Source of the DNA: Trueperaceae bacterium
Lineage (GTDB): Bacteria > Deinococcota > Deinococci > Deinococcales > Trueperaceae
Direction: 5' to 3'
Assembly (NCBI GenBank): GCA_965215565.1
Contig: CBDCDZ010000004.1
Location: 2,752,001 to 2,816,000 of the forward strand
DNA length: 64,000 nucleotides
The translations under genes were made by a program, and so were the position numbers. The notes under the pieces were generated by a model that saw only the letters and a list, made by a program, of their open reading frames with translations, did not search any database and was not told where the DNA came from. Numbering within the stretch: the stretch's first letter is position 1; each line of letters opens with the position of its first letter. Shown here in pieces: positions 1-9,468 of the stretch.

Positions 1-1
1 C

Positions 2-2554
2 CGCTCCATTGACGCTCTCAACGACCTCGTTGCGCTTCTCAACGAAGAAATTGTGGGTTTGCAAGCGGGCGGCGATATCGACCCGAGCTTCTTGGAGGAC
101 ATCCAGCGCAACACCGACGACATCGCCAACATCCGCGAGTTCGTCATCCTTTTACGCCGCGATCAGGTTGCCTTGCGCGACCAACTCGCCGTGCTCGAGG
201 AGAGCGACGCGCAGCAAAACGAGCGCATCAGTGGGCTCGAGGAGCGCGTCTCGACCTTAGAAGACCAAGCCATCACCTTTAACGGTAGCATCGGCGTAGA
301 GTACGAAGTTGGACGTTTGAGCGGTGACGCTAACGTCTGTCCCGTTCCGCTTGTTGATACGGACCTGAGCGATACAGGAGAGAACTTCCAGTGCGGTACT
401 TTCGGCGACGATGGTACGTTTACGCCTATCGACACGGTCATCACACCTTTCGACGTAGACCGCATCTTCGGCATCGGCTTCGAGCGCGAAGTGCCCGCCT
501 CGGTTTTCAGCACCGGAACCGATGACTACGACGACGACGACAGCGAAGACGACGACGGTGAAGTTGCTCAGGACCGTGAAGACATCGAAAATGAAAAAGG
601 TGACGTTGAGCCTACCTTCGAGATTTCGTTTGGCTTCTCGAGCGAGCGCGGCGTAGCTGGCGCGTTCAACGACTTCGAAGCGACTGTTACATTAGAACTC
701 GTCGAAGTCACCGTACTTGACGCTGACGAAGTTAATAGCGACGACGACCTCACCAACGACGAACTCACTGACAGCGACAACTACCTCAGCGACGCTTACG
801 TGTTTAGCTTTAGCGAGTTAGAGACGACCTTCACCCCCATTGGCGCGGAGCCCCTTACCTTCACCTTCGGTGAAGACCCCGACGCCGAATTCACACCTTA
901 CGTCTTCGAGAGCTTGGGTGCCGGTTTTGTTGCGCGCCTTGGTACGCCCGACGTGCTCGCGTTCTTACAGCCCGAGCTAGTCATTGCCTATGGTGTCTAT
1001 CAAGAAGAGGGCAACGACAAGCCCGAAGATGACGCTGTCGAGCTACCCGACGATAATGGGGACTTGGTCGTCGACGGTGGAGAGAATCCCTTCGCTGACG
1101 CTTATTACCGTGCCCTCCGCGGTACGCTCAGCCCCTTAGAGGGTATTTCGGGCGGCTTCTCGGTTGCGCAGCTTACCGGTAATGCGGATGAAGAAGGTGA
1201 CGCGACTGGCGACAACCAAACCATCACTGTTTACGGTTTGGACGGCGAAGCCAACATCAGCATCTTGACGGTTAGAGGCGAGTTTGCGGCGAACAGCGTC
1301 AACGCGGACATCAACTTCCCCGTTGATGACGTTGAAGATGCAACGTATGAAGTGCCTGCGCCTACTCCAGACGACCCCGAGGCAACGAACGACGTAGACT
1401 GTATCGTCGATAACGTCATTGCTGAAGAGTGTATTGTCGACGTGCCCGAGTCCGAAACGCTCTTCTTTGTAGAGGCTGAAGTGGACGTCGAAGATGTTCC
1501 TATCGTCGACAGTTTCTCGGCAAACTACCGCTCCATCCCGCAGTTCTGGGTGGGTCTTAGAGAAGACGACGATGGTTATCCTTACGATCTCGATCAAACC
1601 GGCTTCGGTGCGAACGCGGGTCTAGGGTTTTTCATCTTTAACTTAGACGCTTACGTCGATTCTTACTCGACCACGGATGATGGCAACGTCTTAACCTACG
1701 GTGCAGAGCTCGGTGTTGAGGTCTTCCGCGCCATTGAGCCCTTCGCCTTCTACAATGAAGCGAGAATCGACGGCGACCTCGTTTCAGACCTCGGTGACGC
1801 CGAGCGTGACACCGCCCGTGACACGGGCTTTGGTGTCGGTCTCCGCCACGATGGTTCGGCTGACAACGCTCTCGTCCCTGGACTAACCTTCAGCGTCGGC
1901 TACAACCTCGCCACAAACGACGTATCGACTGAAGGTCTCGCGGCGAGTGCAAACGCTGACCTTACTTTCGGCTTCCTTACCGTCAACCCTTACGTCAACT
2001 ACGAAACTGAGAATAATCCAGTGGATTCGGACGATGATGACCTTGCCACGCTCGAAGCGGGTACGGGTTTAGAGACCGAGCCGCTCGACTTCTTCTTAGC
2101 GCCTAGCCTCGTAGCGAACGTCAACTACCGTAATACGGCGCATACGGAAACGAACCCTGACGAGGATGCGAACGAGTTAGAGGGCAACTACGACGCGACT
2201 GAGCTTCAGTTCAGCGCAGGTCTCAGCCTCAACGAGTTCCTCTTCGAAAACAGCGTTCTGAGCGTCCGTTACGGTTACTATCAAGGTACTAACATCAGCA
2301 CGGACATCGATCCAAACAACAGCGACGACGATCCCGATGACGGTGACGACCTCGCAACCAACATCTCTGAAGGTGACTTCAATAACGGCGTCACGCAGAC
2401 GACGCAAGGTTACGAAGTTGCCTGGACGTACTACGGTCTCGAGTTCGGTTACGGCAGATACAACCTTAACCGTACTGCAAACTCTGCACTTGGTACCGAC
2501 GCCACCTCCGTAAACGGTCAAGCCTTCTCAGTCGCCTACGAAGTAACCTTCTAA
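2..2554 (+). CDS. slpA: S-layer protein (SlpA-like; coiled coil plus large beta-barrel), 5'-truncated by window edge
   Basis: Frame is open from position 2 (RSIDALNDLVALLNEE...). N-terminal coiled coil is followed by amphipathic beta-strands and a C-terminal YEVTF OMP signature. Very acidic. Layout matches Deinococcus-Thermus SlpA. Confidence 0.8.
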   Translation, partial: RSIDALNDLVALLNEEIVGLQAGGDIDPSFLEDIQRNTDDIANIREFVILLRRDQVALRDQLAVLEESDAQQNERISGLEERVSTLEDQAITFNGSIGVEYEVGRLSGDANVCPVPLVDTDLSDTGENFQCGTFGDDGTFTPIDTVITPFDVDRIFGIGFEREVPASVFSTGTDDYDDDDSEDDDGEVAQDREDIENEKGDVEPTFEISFGFSSERGVAGAFNDFEATVTLELVEVTVLDADEVNSDDDLTNDELTDSDNYLSDAYVFSFSELETTFTPIGAEPLTFTFGEDPDAEFTPYVFESLGAGFVARLGTPDVLAFLQPELVIAYGVYQEEGNDKPEDDAVELPDDNGDLVVDGGENPFADAYYRALRGTLSPLEGISGGFSVAQLTGNADEEGDATGDNQTITVYGLDGEANISILTVRGEFAANSVNADINFPVDDVEDATYEVPAPTPDDPEATNDVDCIVDNVIAEECIVDVPESETLFFVEAEVDVEDVPIVDSFSANYRSIPQFWVGLREDDDGYPYDLDQTGFGANAGLGFFIFNLDAYVDSYSTTDDGNVLTYGAELGVEVFRAIEPFAFYNEARIDGDLVSDLGDAERDTARDTGFGVGLRHDGSADNALVPGLTFSVGYNLATNDVSTEGLAASANADLTFGFLTVNPYVNYETENNPVDSDDDDLATLEAGTGLETEPLDFFLAPSLVANVNYRNTAHTETNPDEDANELEGNYDATELQFSAGLSLNEFLFENSVLSVRYGYYQGTNISTDIDPNNSDDDPDDGDDLATNISEGDFNNGVTQTTQGYEVAWTYYGLEFGYGRYNLNRTANSALGTDATSVNGQAFSVAYEVTF

Positions 2555-2578
2555 ACTACTTCGTACCCACAAAGAGCC

Positions 2579-2609
2579 CAGAACCCCGCCCCGCGCGGGG
2601 TTCTTTTTT
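2579..2609 (+). terminator. Rho-independent terminator
   Basis: gaaccccgc-ccc-gcggggttc-type GC stem followed by a T-run, right after the slpA stop. Confidence 0.85.
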
Positions 2610-2615
2610 GCTCGG

Positions 2616-3494
2616 TCACTTAGCTGTGCGCAACACCCTGAGCGAGCGCGGCACCACCTCCACCTCAAACCACCTGCGCGCCTCCAAAAGCTGCCCCTCC
2701 ATATGCGCTAGCATCGCCTCTTCCCACTCGATCACGATATGTTCGCCCTGCGTCTGATGTACGTGAGGATGGTTGATGTGCGCACCGCGCAGCACGTTGG
2801 GCAAGAGGTTGAACACATCTCTTACGCCAATACGCCCGGCCGCGACGACGTCGAGGCGTCCGTCCGTGAGGCTGGCGTGGGGTGCGAACGTGAAGCTGCC
2901 GCCGGTGCGCGGACCGTTCTGAACCGAGGTGAGTAGAGCGGGACCGCTGTAGAAGGGTGAACCGTCCACCGTGACGTTGACCTGCTGGCGCTCCAGGGTG
3001 CGCAACGTGGCGGCGACGGTGTAGAGATAGGCAGCGCGCTCCCTCAAAAACTCGGGTGCGCGCCCAAAGTTGTGCGCGACTTGCGCGTCGAAACCGGTGC
3101 CGAGCGCGTTGATGAAGGGTGTTCCGTTGACGGTGGCGGTGTCCACCTCGAGGGCGCATCCCGAAAGCACGTGCGCCAACGCCTCGTCAGGAGAGCGCCG
3201 CCCCAGCCCCAACGCCCGAGCAAAGTCATCCCCGGAACCCCCCGGTATCACGCCCAAAGTGCGCTCCGTGCGGATGCACGCCGAGGCGACTTCGTGCAGG
3301 GTGCCGTCGCCACCTAAGACGAGGAGCGTCGCGCGCTCGGGTAGGGCGGCGGCGATATGTGCGGCGTCTCCTGGCGCTTGGGTGAGGTGGACGCTATACG
3401 CTAGCTTCTTTTGCTCTAGGGTAGTTTGTACGTACCTGAGCCTCTGCAAGCTGCGTCCGCGCCCCGCGACTGGATTGACGATGAGGTGCATCAT
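2616..3494 (-). CDS. Diacylglycerol/lipid kinase family protein (YegS/BmrU-like)
   Basis: IVNPVAGRG, GGDGTLHEV, IPGGSGDDFAR and DGRLD motifs; start placed at MMHLIV. Confidence 0.9.
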   Translation of the reverse strand: MMHLIVNPVAGRGRSLQRLRYVQTTLEQKKLAYSVHLTQAPGDAAHIAAALPERATLLVLGGDGTLHEVASACIRTERTLGVIPGGSGDDFARALGLGRRSPDEALAHVLSGCALEVDTATVNGTPFINALGTGFDAQVAHNFGRAPEFLRERAAYLYTVAATLRTLERQQVNVTVDGSPFYSGPALLTSVQNGPRTGGSFTFAPHASLTDGRLDVVAAGRIGVRDVFNLLPNVLRGAHINHPHVHQTQGEHIVIEWEEAMLAHMEGQLLEARRWFEVEVVPRSLRVLRTAK

Positions 3495-3716
3495 GATGGT
3501 GCTTCGATTATATCTTGGTAGGTGACCCGGCTCATAGCTCAACCTCTTCGAATGTCGTACCACCGTTCTCTTCCGCAAAGGAGTACGCGACATCAATGAA
3601 ACGGGTTTGAGACCCGCCCTGCACTTGCCTCTTAACCAGCTTTTTCAGCCACTACCTCTTTCAAATTGTGCCGTGCAACCTCTCAGTGGAGGGTACGCCG
3701 CGCGGTAGACTACCTC

Positions 3717-4379
3717 ATGCTGAAAACTGCCGAGCTTTTCGATCTCTCTCATATTGACGCGCCTCTCCGTGAGCTTTTGGAGGTCGAGCACCCGTGGGAG
3801 GTCTTGGCGCGGCTGGGGGCGTTTACAGATGAGATGCGTCACGGCGTACGCGGCGAGGTGCACCCTACAGCGGTTTTGGAGGGCGCGGTCTATCTGGCTG
3901 AGGGCGCGGTAGTCGGCCCGCACGCTTACGTCAAAGGTCCGGTTTGGATAGGGGAGGGCGCGGAGGTGGGGCACGGCGCATATGTGAGGGACGGCGCGGT
4001 CATCGGTCCACGCGCCAAAGTTGGGCACGCCTCTGAGGTGAAGCGTTCGCTCCTCCTAGCGGGGGCGAAAGCGCCGCACTTCAACTACGTTGGGGACGCA
4101 GTGCTCGGTCACAACGTCAATCTAGGTGCGGGCGTCAAGCTCGCCAACCTTAAAGCTATCGGTAGAAATGTCAGCGTCGGCGAGGTGGACACAGGTCTGC
4201 GCAAGTTCAGCGCCGCTGTGGGCGATGAGGTGTCCATCGGCTGTAACGCGGTCCTTTCGCCCGGCACGCTCGTCGGTCCGCGCACGACGGTCTATAACGG
4301 CGCGATGCTGCGCGGGGTCTATCCAGCGGACAGCGTCGTTAAGCTGCGGCAGACCCTAGAGCAAGCCTCACGTCACTGA
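3717..4379 (+). CDS. Left-handed beta-helix acyltransferase, GlmU C-terminal-like
   Basis: Hexapeptide repeats, PHFNYVGD and NLGAG motifs; TAGACT -10 lies 5 nt before the ATG. Confidence 0.8.
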   Translation: MLKTAELFDLSHIDAPLRELLEVEHPWEVLARLGAFTDEMRHGVRGEVHPTAVLEGAVYLAEGAVVGPHAYVKGPVWIGEGAEVGHGAYVRDGAVIGPRAKVGHASEVKRSLLLAGAKAPHFNYVGDAVLGHNVNLGAGVKLANLKAIGRNVSVGEVDTGLRKFSAAVGDEVSIGCNAVLSPGTLVGPRTTVYNGAMLRGVYPADSVVKLRQTLEQASRH

Positions 4380-4395
4380 GCCGCTACGGACTCTA

Positions 4396-4698
4396 TAGCA
4401 AGTATCATTTGGTTTGAGTGTACGTAAGTTTTTCCCGGTTACACCGTTTTCGCGTCTGCGAAAGGGAAACTTCGTAAGCGAAGCAACGCTCTCACGATGT
4501 AGAACACCGTTGCCTAACGGCAAACTACGTCATTCGCTTTGCAAAAACTTCGTCCCTACGGGCTTTCAGAAAGCAGCACGCACATTTGAGAATGAAATCC
4601 CGCTCTCAGGCGAAGCCGTCCCGCTAGGCTTTGCCTGAGAGCGGGATGGCTGCGGCTGAGATTTGCGCTACTCCAATCAGCACTTATGTTAATTGCTA
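4396..4698 (+). repeat. MITE-like dispersed repeat, copy 1 (expanded by nested hairpin insertions)
   Basis: TAGCAAGTATCATTTGGTTTGAG...GCACGCACATT...GATTTGCG...TTGCTA aligns with the core copies at 7881 and 58885. Confidence 0.75.
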
Positions 4699-4827
4699 TA
4701 GACCTCTTGCCTATTGTGGTATTTTACTGAGGGCTTCCACTCATACTCGTTCCACTCGGCGCAAGCGAAAGCCGGACATGCGTCCGCCTCCCACTTTCGC
4801 AGGAGACCTCTTCTGTTAGCCTGAACT

Positions 4828-5490
4828 ATGTTCCCGCTCCGCGACGCCAACCCCAGACACCGCACGCCTTACGTCGGCTACACGCTGCTGCTCATCAACA
4901 TCCTCGTTTTTTTGTACGGTCTCACCTTCACTCAGAACGAGGCGCGGGCGTTCGTGTTCGCATACGGCTTTATCCCCGACCTCTTCTTTAGCAACCCGGT
5001 AGGCGAGAGCTACCGCCTCTTGACCAGCCTCTTCTTGCACGGCGGTTTTGCGCACATCTTAGGCAATATGTTCTTCCTCTACGTCTTCGGCGACAACATC
5101 GAAGACCGCATGGGCCACGTGACCTTTTTAGTCTTTTATCTCTTGGGCGGCGTCACCGCGACGCTCGCGCACGGGCTTTTTATGACCACGTCGGAGGTGC
5201 CGATGATCGGCGCGTCGGGGGCGATTAGCGCGGTTTTGGGGGCGTACATCATCCTCTTTCCGCGTATGCGCGTGCTGACCTTTATCCCGCCCTTTTTCAT
5301 CTTTTGGCTCCCGGCGTGGCTCTATCTGGGGTACTGGGCGGCGATTCAGGTGGTGCAAGCGGTGGGCGGCGCGCTCGTGTCCACCTCGGCGGTGGACGGC
5401 GTCGCGTGGTGGGCGCATGTGGGCGGTTTTGTCTTCGGGGCGCTGCTGGTGCGCTATCTGGTAGACTCGAGGGCACGTCAGGCGGCGTGA
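4828..5490 (+). CDS. Rhomboid family intramembrane serine protease
   Basis: FLHGGFAHILGNM, GASGA and AHVGGF motifs; multiple TM segments. Confidence 0.95.
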   Translation: MFPLRDANPRHRTPYVGYTLLLINILVFLYGLTFTQNEARAFVFAYGFIPDLFFSNPVGESYRLLTSLFLHGGFAHILGNMFFLYVFGDNIEDRMGHVTFLVFYLLGGVTATLAHGLFMTTSEVPMIGASGAISAVLGAYIILFPRMRVLTFIPPFFIFWLPAWLYLGYWAAIQVVQAVGGALVSTSAVDGVAWWAHVGGFVFGALLVRYLVDSRARQAA

Positions 5491-5585
5491 ACGGTCTTGG
5501 CTCGATGGTCCGCTCACTTCTCTCACCTACGCCCGTTACACTGGGAAACTCTTTGAGGTGGGCTGAGCCTTAGGCTGAGCTGCAA

Positions 5586-6203
5586 ATGGTGGTGGAGGGC
5601 GTGAGATCAATCATAAAAATCATCTTAGCTACACTTTTGCTGCTGGGGCACGCGGCTTGGGCTCAAACGGAAACGTATCTAAGCGAAAATGGCACGAACC
5701 CCGAGACGACGCGGGGCGAGTCGCGGCTTTTGCGCTACGAGCGGGAGGATTTTCCCGTAGAGGTTTATATCCCACCTGCCGCCTGGCTGGACGCTGAGAG
5801 GCAGGCTAGAATCACCGTGCGCCGCGCCTTTGAAGCGTGGGCGGACGCCGCGCCAGAGCTGGTGAGCTTCACCTTTTTAGAGGAGCCGAGCGAGAGTGCG
5901 CTGACCGTCGATTGGGAGCCCTTGGAGGGGCTCGCCGGGTCCTACCGCTACAGCTTTAGTGTGGAGTCGGATGGACGCTACGACTACCGCGCCACGAGTA
6001 TCATCTTGGACCCAGCGACGGAGCCGGACGCGCTCTACCGCTTCGCTGTACTGCAAGTCGGACACGCACTCGGGCTCTTCGGGCGCAGCCCCTTCGAGGG
6101 TGACGCGCTGAGCGCAATCCCGAGCGGCGAGATAACGGAGCGCGACGCCGCGACGCTGCGGGCGCTCTATGCGCTGCCGAGCGGTACAGTGCTGAGAGAA
6201 TAG
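5586..6203 (+). CDS. Secreted matrixin-like protein with degenerate zinc motif
   Basis: Signal peptide; AFEAW motif; LQVGHALGLFGRS in place of HExxHxxGxxH; ITERDAATLRALY C-terminus. Confidence 0.65.
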   Translation: MVVEGVRSIIKIILATLLLLGHAAWAQTETYLSENGTNPETTRGESRLLRYEREDFPVEVYIPPAAWLDAERQARITVRRAFEAWADAAPELVSFTFLEEPSESALTVDWEPLEGLAGSYRYSFSVESDGRYDYRATSIILDPATEPDALYRFAVLQVGHALGLFGRSPFEGDALSAIPSGEITERDAATLRALYALPSGTVLRE

Positions 6204-6224
6204 GGGCGACTCATGAGTCGCCCC
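6203..6224. repeat. Perfect 22-bp palindrome (REP-like or bidirectional terminator)
   Basis: ggggcgactcatgagtcgcccc between convergent genes. Confidence 0.7.
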
Positions 6225-6232
6225 CGCTCAGT

Positions 6233-6793
6233 TTAATTGCCTGGTTCGATCAAGCCGTAGTCACCGTCGTGCCGCAGATAGATCACGTTGATCTCTTCGG
6301 TTTCCATGTTGCGAAACATGAAGAAGGTGTGACCAAGCGCCTCCATCTGCATGGCGGCGTCTTCGGGTGACATAGGGCGGAGCACGTGACGCTTGACGCG
6401 GGCGATGGCGGGACCGTCGTCCTCGGACTCATCCTCGTCTAAAGGGGGCAAGTCGGTGACGGGCGGGGGGGGCGGCGTGTCGTGGGTACGGCGGGCGAGT
6501 TTGCGCTCTTTGAAGCGGCGGAGCTGCCGCTCGAGTTTATGCACCACCTTGTCCACCGCCGCATAGGCGTCTTGCCCGCTCTCCTCGGCGCGCACGATGC
6601 CGTGCGGCACGTTGAGCTGCACCTCGACTTTGGCGGGTTGCGCCGCGTCGCCGTCCGCCGCGTAAGAGATGACGACTTTGGCGTCCACCACGCGCTCGGA
6701 GAAGTGCTCGAGCTTCTGCAGCTTCTCCTCGGTGTAGCTGCGCATGGCGTCGGTTACGTCGATATTGCGCCCAATCATTCTGTAGATGTCCAT
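6233..6793 (-). CDS. hpf: Ribosome hibernation promoting factor (long HPF)
   Basis: GRNIDVTDAMRSY, YAAVD..KLERQLRRFK and C-terminal PMSPEDAAMQMEALGH domain; GGAGG RBS. Confidence 0.95.
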   Translation of the reverse strand: MDIYRMIGRNIDVTDAMRSYTEEKLQKLEHFSERVVDAKVVISYAADGDAAQPAKVEVQLNVPHGIVRAEESGQDAYAAVDKVVHKLERQLRRFKERKLARRTHDTPPPPPVTDLPPLDEDESEDDGPAIARVKRHVLRPMSPEDAAMQMEALGHTFFMFRNMETEEINVIYLRHDGDYGLIEPGN

Positions 6794-6914
6794 GTCTCCT
6801 CCACATCATCCTAGGCTTGCGTTTTGAGGTGTCACCCTCTGTATGTGCACGCAGTGTAACACTCTGACTCTGTCAGAAACGTGTCAGGAGTGGGGTGAGA
6901 AAATTACTTGACAA

Positions 6915-7070
6915 TAACGGGTATCGTCTGGTCAGAAACACGCTTACTGTAGAAAACACTGTTTCCTTTTGCTGCGCAAAAACTACGTAATCGGAAAACT
7001 CCGTAATTAGCACGCACATTCGGTGATGATATCTGCGGCACTTCGTCTCAATATGTTTTGGAAGCGCCAA
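6915..7070 (+). repeat. MITE-like dispersed repeat, copy 2
   Basis: GGTATCGTCTGG...GCACGCACATTCGG.GATGATATCTGCGG...GTCTCAATATGTTTTGGAA, with one internal insertion. Confidence 0.85.
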
Positions 7071-7140
7071 CAAGAAAGAACGTCGGGTTATGACCTCTCG
7101 TATAGTAGAGTCTCATTCCGATCAGGACTATCCCAGACGT

Positions 7141-7851
7141 TTAGGTGAGCCAGCGGCGCAAGCGCGAAGGCTCCTTATGCTCTTCACGCTGTTTTTCGCA
7201 CTGTGCCAAACGCACCCCTAACTCTCGTTGCTGCGCCTCGAGTACCTCGATTTGCGCCTCTTGCACTTCGACGAGGGCGCGGAGCTTCTTCATCTCTTTG
7301 GGTTCTTGGCTGCGGTCCGTGGGCAAGAGCGCAGCGTGCAGACGCTGGCGCTCCTTATTCAAAGTTTGAAGTTTTTCGGCAAAGTCGTTTGCGCGCGCAC
7401 GAAGGGGTTGTGCATTGGGCGTAGGTTCTGTGGGCGTAGGTTCTGCGGGCTCACGTTCGGCTGCGTGCGGTGTGCGCCCCGCTAAAAGACTTCTGATTCG
7501 CTCGCGCAAGTTTTTGTCGCCCAAGGGCTTAGGGATGATGAGGTCAGCCTTGACGATCTTAGCGACGCCCTTAATTTCGTCGGTCAGTGTGGCGTGGCGC
7601 GACGTGACTAAAACGATAGGCACCTCTCTAAGTCGCTTGACGCTCTTCATCTTGCGGCAGAGGTCGAAGCCGTCCACCGAAGGTAAATCGGTTTCTAAAA
7701 TCGCCACGTCGGGCGTGTGTTCGCGCAGGTAAGCGAGCACGTCTTGACCGTCGGTAAAGGTTTGCAGCGCGTAGCCGTCGCCGTGAAAGATGAGGTCAAA
7801 CAGTTCGAATTGTAAAGGGTCGCGGTCGGCGACGAGTAGAGTGTAGGGCAT
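7141..7851 (-). CDS. Response regulator receiver protein with C-terminal coiled coil (atypical receiver)
   Basis: LLVADRD, PDVAILETDLP, DGFDLC and KP motifs; start at MPYTLL behind a GAGG RBS. Confidence 0.85.
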   Translation of the reverse strand: MPYTLLVADRDPLQFELFDLIFHGDGYALQTFTDGQDVLAYLREHTPDVAILETDLPSVDGFDLCRKMKSVKRLREVPIVLVTSRHATLTDEIKGVAKIVKADLIIPKPLGDKNLRERIRSLLAGRTPHAAEREPAEPTPTEPTPNAQPLRARANDFAEKLQTLNKERQRLHAALLPTDRSQEPKEMKKLRALVEVQEAQIEVLEAQQRELGVRLAQCEKQREEHKEPSRLRRWLT

Positions 7852-7880
7852 AACGTGACCTCTTCTCAAGCTGTCCCTGA

Positions 7881-7991
7881 TAGCAGGTATCATCTGGTTT
7901 GAGACGCTCTCACTGTAGAAAGCATTGATGAGCACCCACTTTCAGAGATGATATCTGCGGCAATCTGTCTCAGTAAGTTCTGGAAGTGCTA
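7881..7991 (+). repeat. MITE-like dispersed repeat, copy 3 (111-bp core)
   Basis: TAGCAGGTATCATCTGGTTTGAG...AGATGATATCTGCGG...TGGAAGTGCTA. Confidence 0.9.
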
Positions 7992-8125
7992 CGAGTACCA
8001 AGATAGACCCAAGGTCACGCCACACGAGTGGAAGACCTCACACTCGCTATAGGGTTGAACAAGGGGTTGAAACCCCTTGTTTCAGTGAGGTGCTCTCTAC
8101 TCGAGCCGTTTTATGCCAGCTGTAG

Positions 8126-8383
8126 CTACTGAGCCCGCTTCTCCTGTCCACCTTTCGCGGGCAAATTCGCCACCAACACCATCCGGTCTCCTTGCTGGTC
8201 GATGTTCACATCGTAGCCGCTCTCATCCGCCGGGAAATACTTGCTGATGACCTGCACCAACTCCGCTTTGAGTTCGTCCATCTTGGCGGGCGAGAGCTTA
8301 GCGCGGTCGTACTGCAAGACTAACTTGAGGCGGTCTTTGACGGTGTCTTTGCTCTTCTTTCTACCGAAGAGTCCATTAAACAT
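8126..8383 (-). CDS. minE: Cell division topological specificity factor MinE
   Basis: KDRLKLVLQYDR and VISKYF motifs; overlaps the minD stop. Confidence 0.95.
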   Translation of the reverse strand: MFNGLFGRKKSKDTVKDRLKLVLQYDRAKLSPAKMDELKAELVQVISKYFPADESGYDVNIDQQGDRMVLVANLPAKGGQEKRAQ

Positions 8384-9191
8384 TGCTCGCTCCAAACAGG
8401 CGGCGGATATACGCCATGAAGCCGCCACTACTCTCTAATGCCGCGTGTGGCACCTCTTCGCCGCGCAACCGCTTAGCGATGCTCCTAAAGGCGTCCCCCG
8501 CCCCGTTCTTGCTCGCTTCGCTCAAGCTAATCGGGCTGCCGATGTTCGTCGAGATGATGATTTTCTCGTCCTCGGGCACGATGCCGATGAGCTTGATGCC
8601 TAAAATCTCTAAAACGTCATCCACTTCCAACATATCGCCGCGCTTGACCATGTCAGGACGCAAGCGGTTGATGATGCACTTGACCTCAGTGATCTCCCTC
8701 GCCTCTAAGAGCCCGATGATGCGGTCCGCGTCGCGCACCGAGGAAACCTCGGGATTCACGACGACCAACGCGCCTTGCGCCGCCGACGCCGCCGTCTGAA
8801 AACCCGACTCGATGCCCGCAGGCGAGTCGATCAGGATACGGTCAAAGCCCTCTTCTTCCAAGAGCTTATTCACAGTCTCTTTCATGTGGTCTTCGGACAA
8901 CGCGCTCTTGTCGCGCGTCTGCGACGCCGCCAAGAGGTACAAATTCTCCACGCGCTTGTCTCTTATGAGCGCCTGCTTGAGCTTACAGTTGCCCTCGAAC
9001 ACGTCGATAAGGTCAAAGACGACGCGCCCTTCAAGTCCCATGACGACATCTAAGTTGCGAAGCCCCACGTCCGTGTCGATAACGACGACTTTTTCCCCTT
9101 GTTGCGCGAGCGCAGCCCCCACGTTGGCGGTGGTGGTGGTCTTGCCGACGCCACCCTTACCCGAGGTTACGACGATTGCTTTGGCGTCCAC
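8376..9191 (-). CDS. minD: Septum site-determining protein MinD
   Basis: SGKGGVGKTT, GLRNLD, DSPAGIE and PEVSSVRDADRIIG motifs. Confidence 0.97.
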   Translation of the reverse strand: MDAKAIVVTSGKGGVGKTTTTANVGAALAQQGEKVVVIDTDVGLRNLDVVMGLEGRVVFDLIDVFEGNCKLKQALIRDKRVENLYLLAASQTRDKSALSEDHMKETVNKLLEEEGFDRILIDSPAGIESGFQTAASAAQGALVVVNPEVSSVRDADRIIGLLEAREITEVKCIINRLRPDMVKRGDMLEVDDVLEILGIKLIGIVPEDEKIIISTNIGSPISLSEASKNGAGDAFRSIAKRLRGEEVPHAALESSGGFMAYIRRLFGASNV

Positions 9192-9297
9192 TGATGTTCC
9201 TCCTACCTGCTTTTGGCGCGTAATTCCCTACCTGACACACTTTGTCGTGTGGTCAAGATGTTGACGTTAGAATTGTAACAAGCGAGTATATCAAGTA

Positions 9298-9406
9298 CAG
9301 CAAGTAGCATCTGGTTACGAACGCTCTCACGAGTTAGAACATTGACGAGCACACATGATGAGATGCTACTTGCGTTGCTCAATATCCCTCAGCTTCAGGA
9401 TAGCTA
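9298..9406 (+). repeat. MITE-like dispersed repeat, copy 4 (diverged, with compensatory stem changes)
   Basis: GCAAGTAGCATCTGGTT..AACGCTCTCAC...GAGCACACAT..AGATGCTACTTGCG. Confidence 0.75.
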
Positions 9407-9468
9407 GTCAACGTGTCAGCATTGAAAATGCTTCGGCTTTCAGCCTTAACTTGTGCTGACTAGCTGCT

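Noticed and set aside
6873..7073. Short ORFs sharing HIET..RRYH.R.CVL / SESVSNQMIPA (also 22405, 58884 and the 5' extension of 7141..7935)
   Set aside because: They are translations of the dispersed repeat, with no consistent start, stop or RBS.
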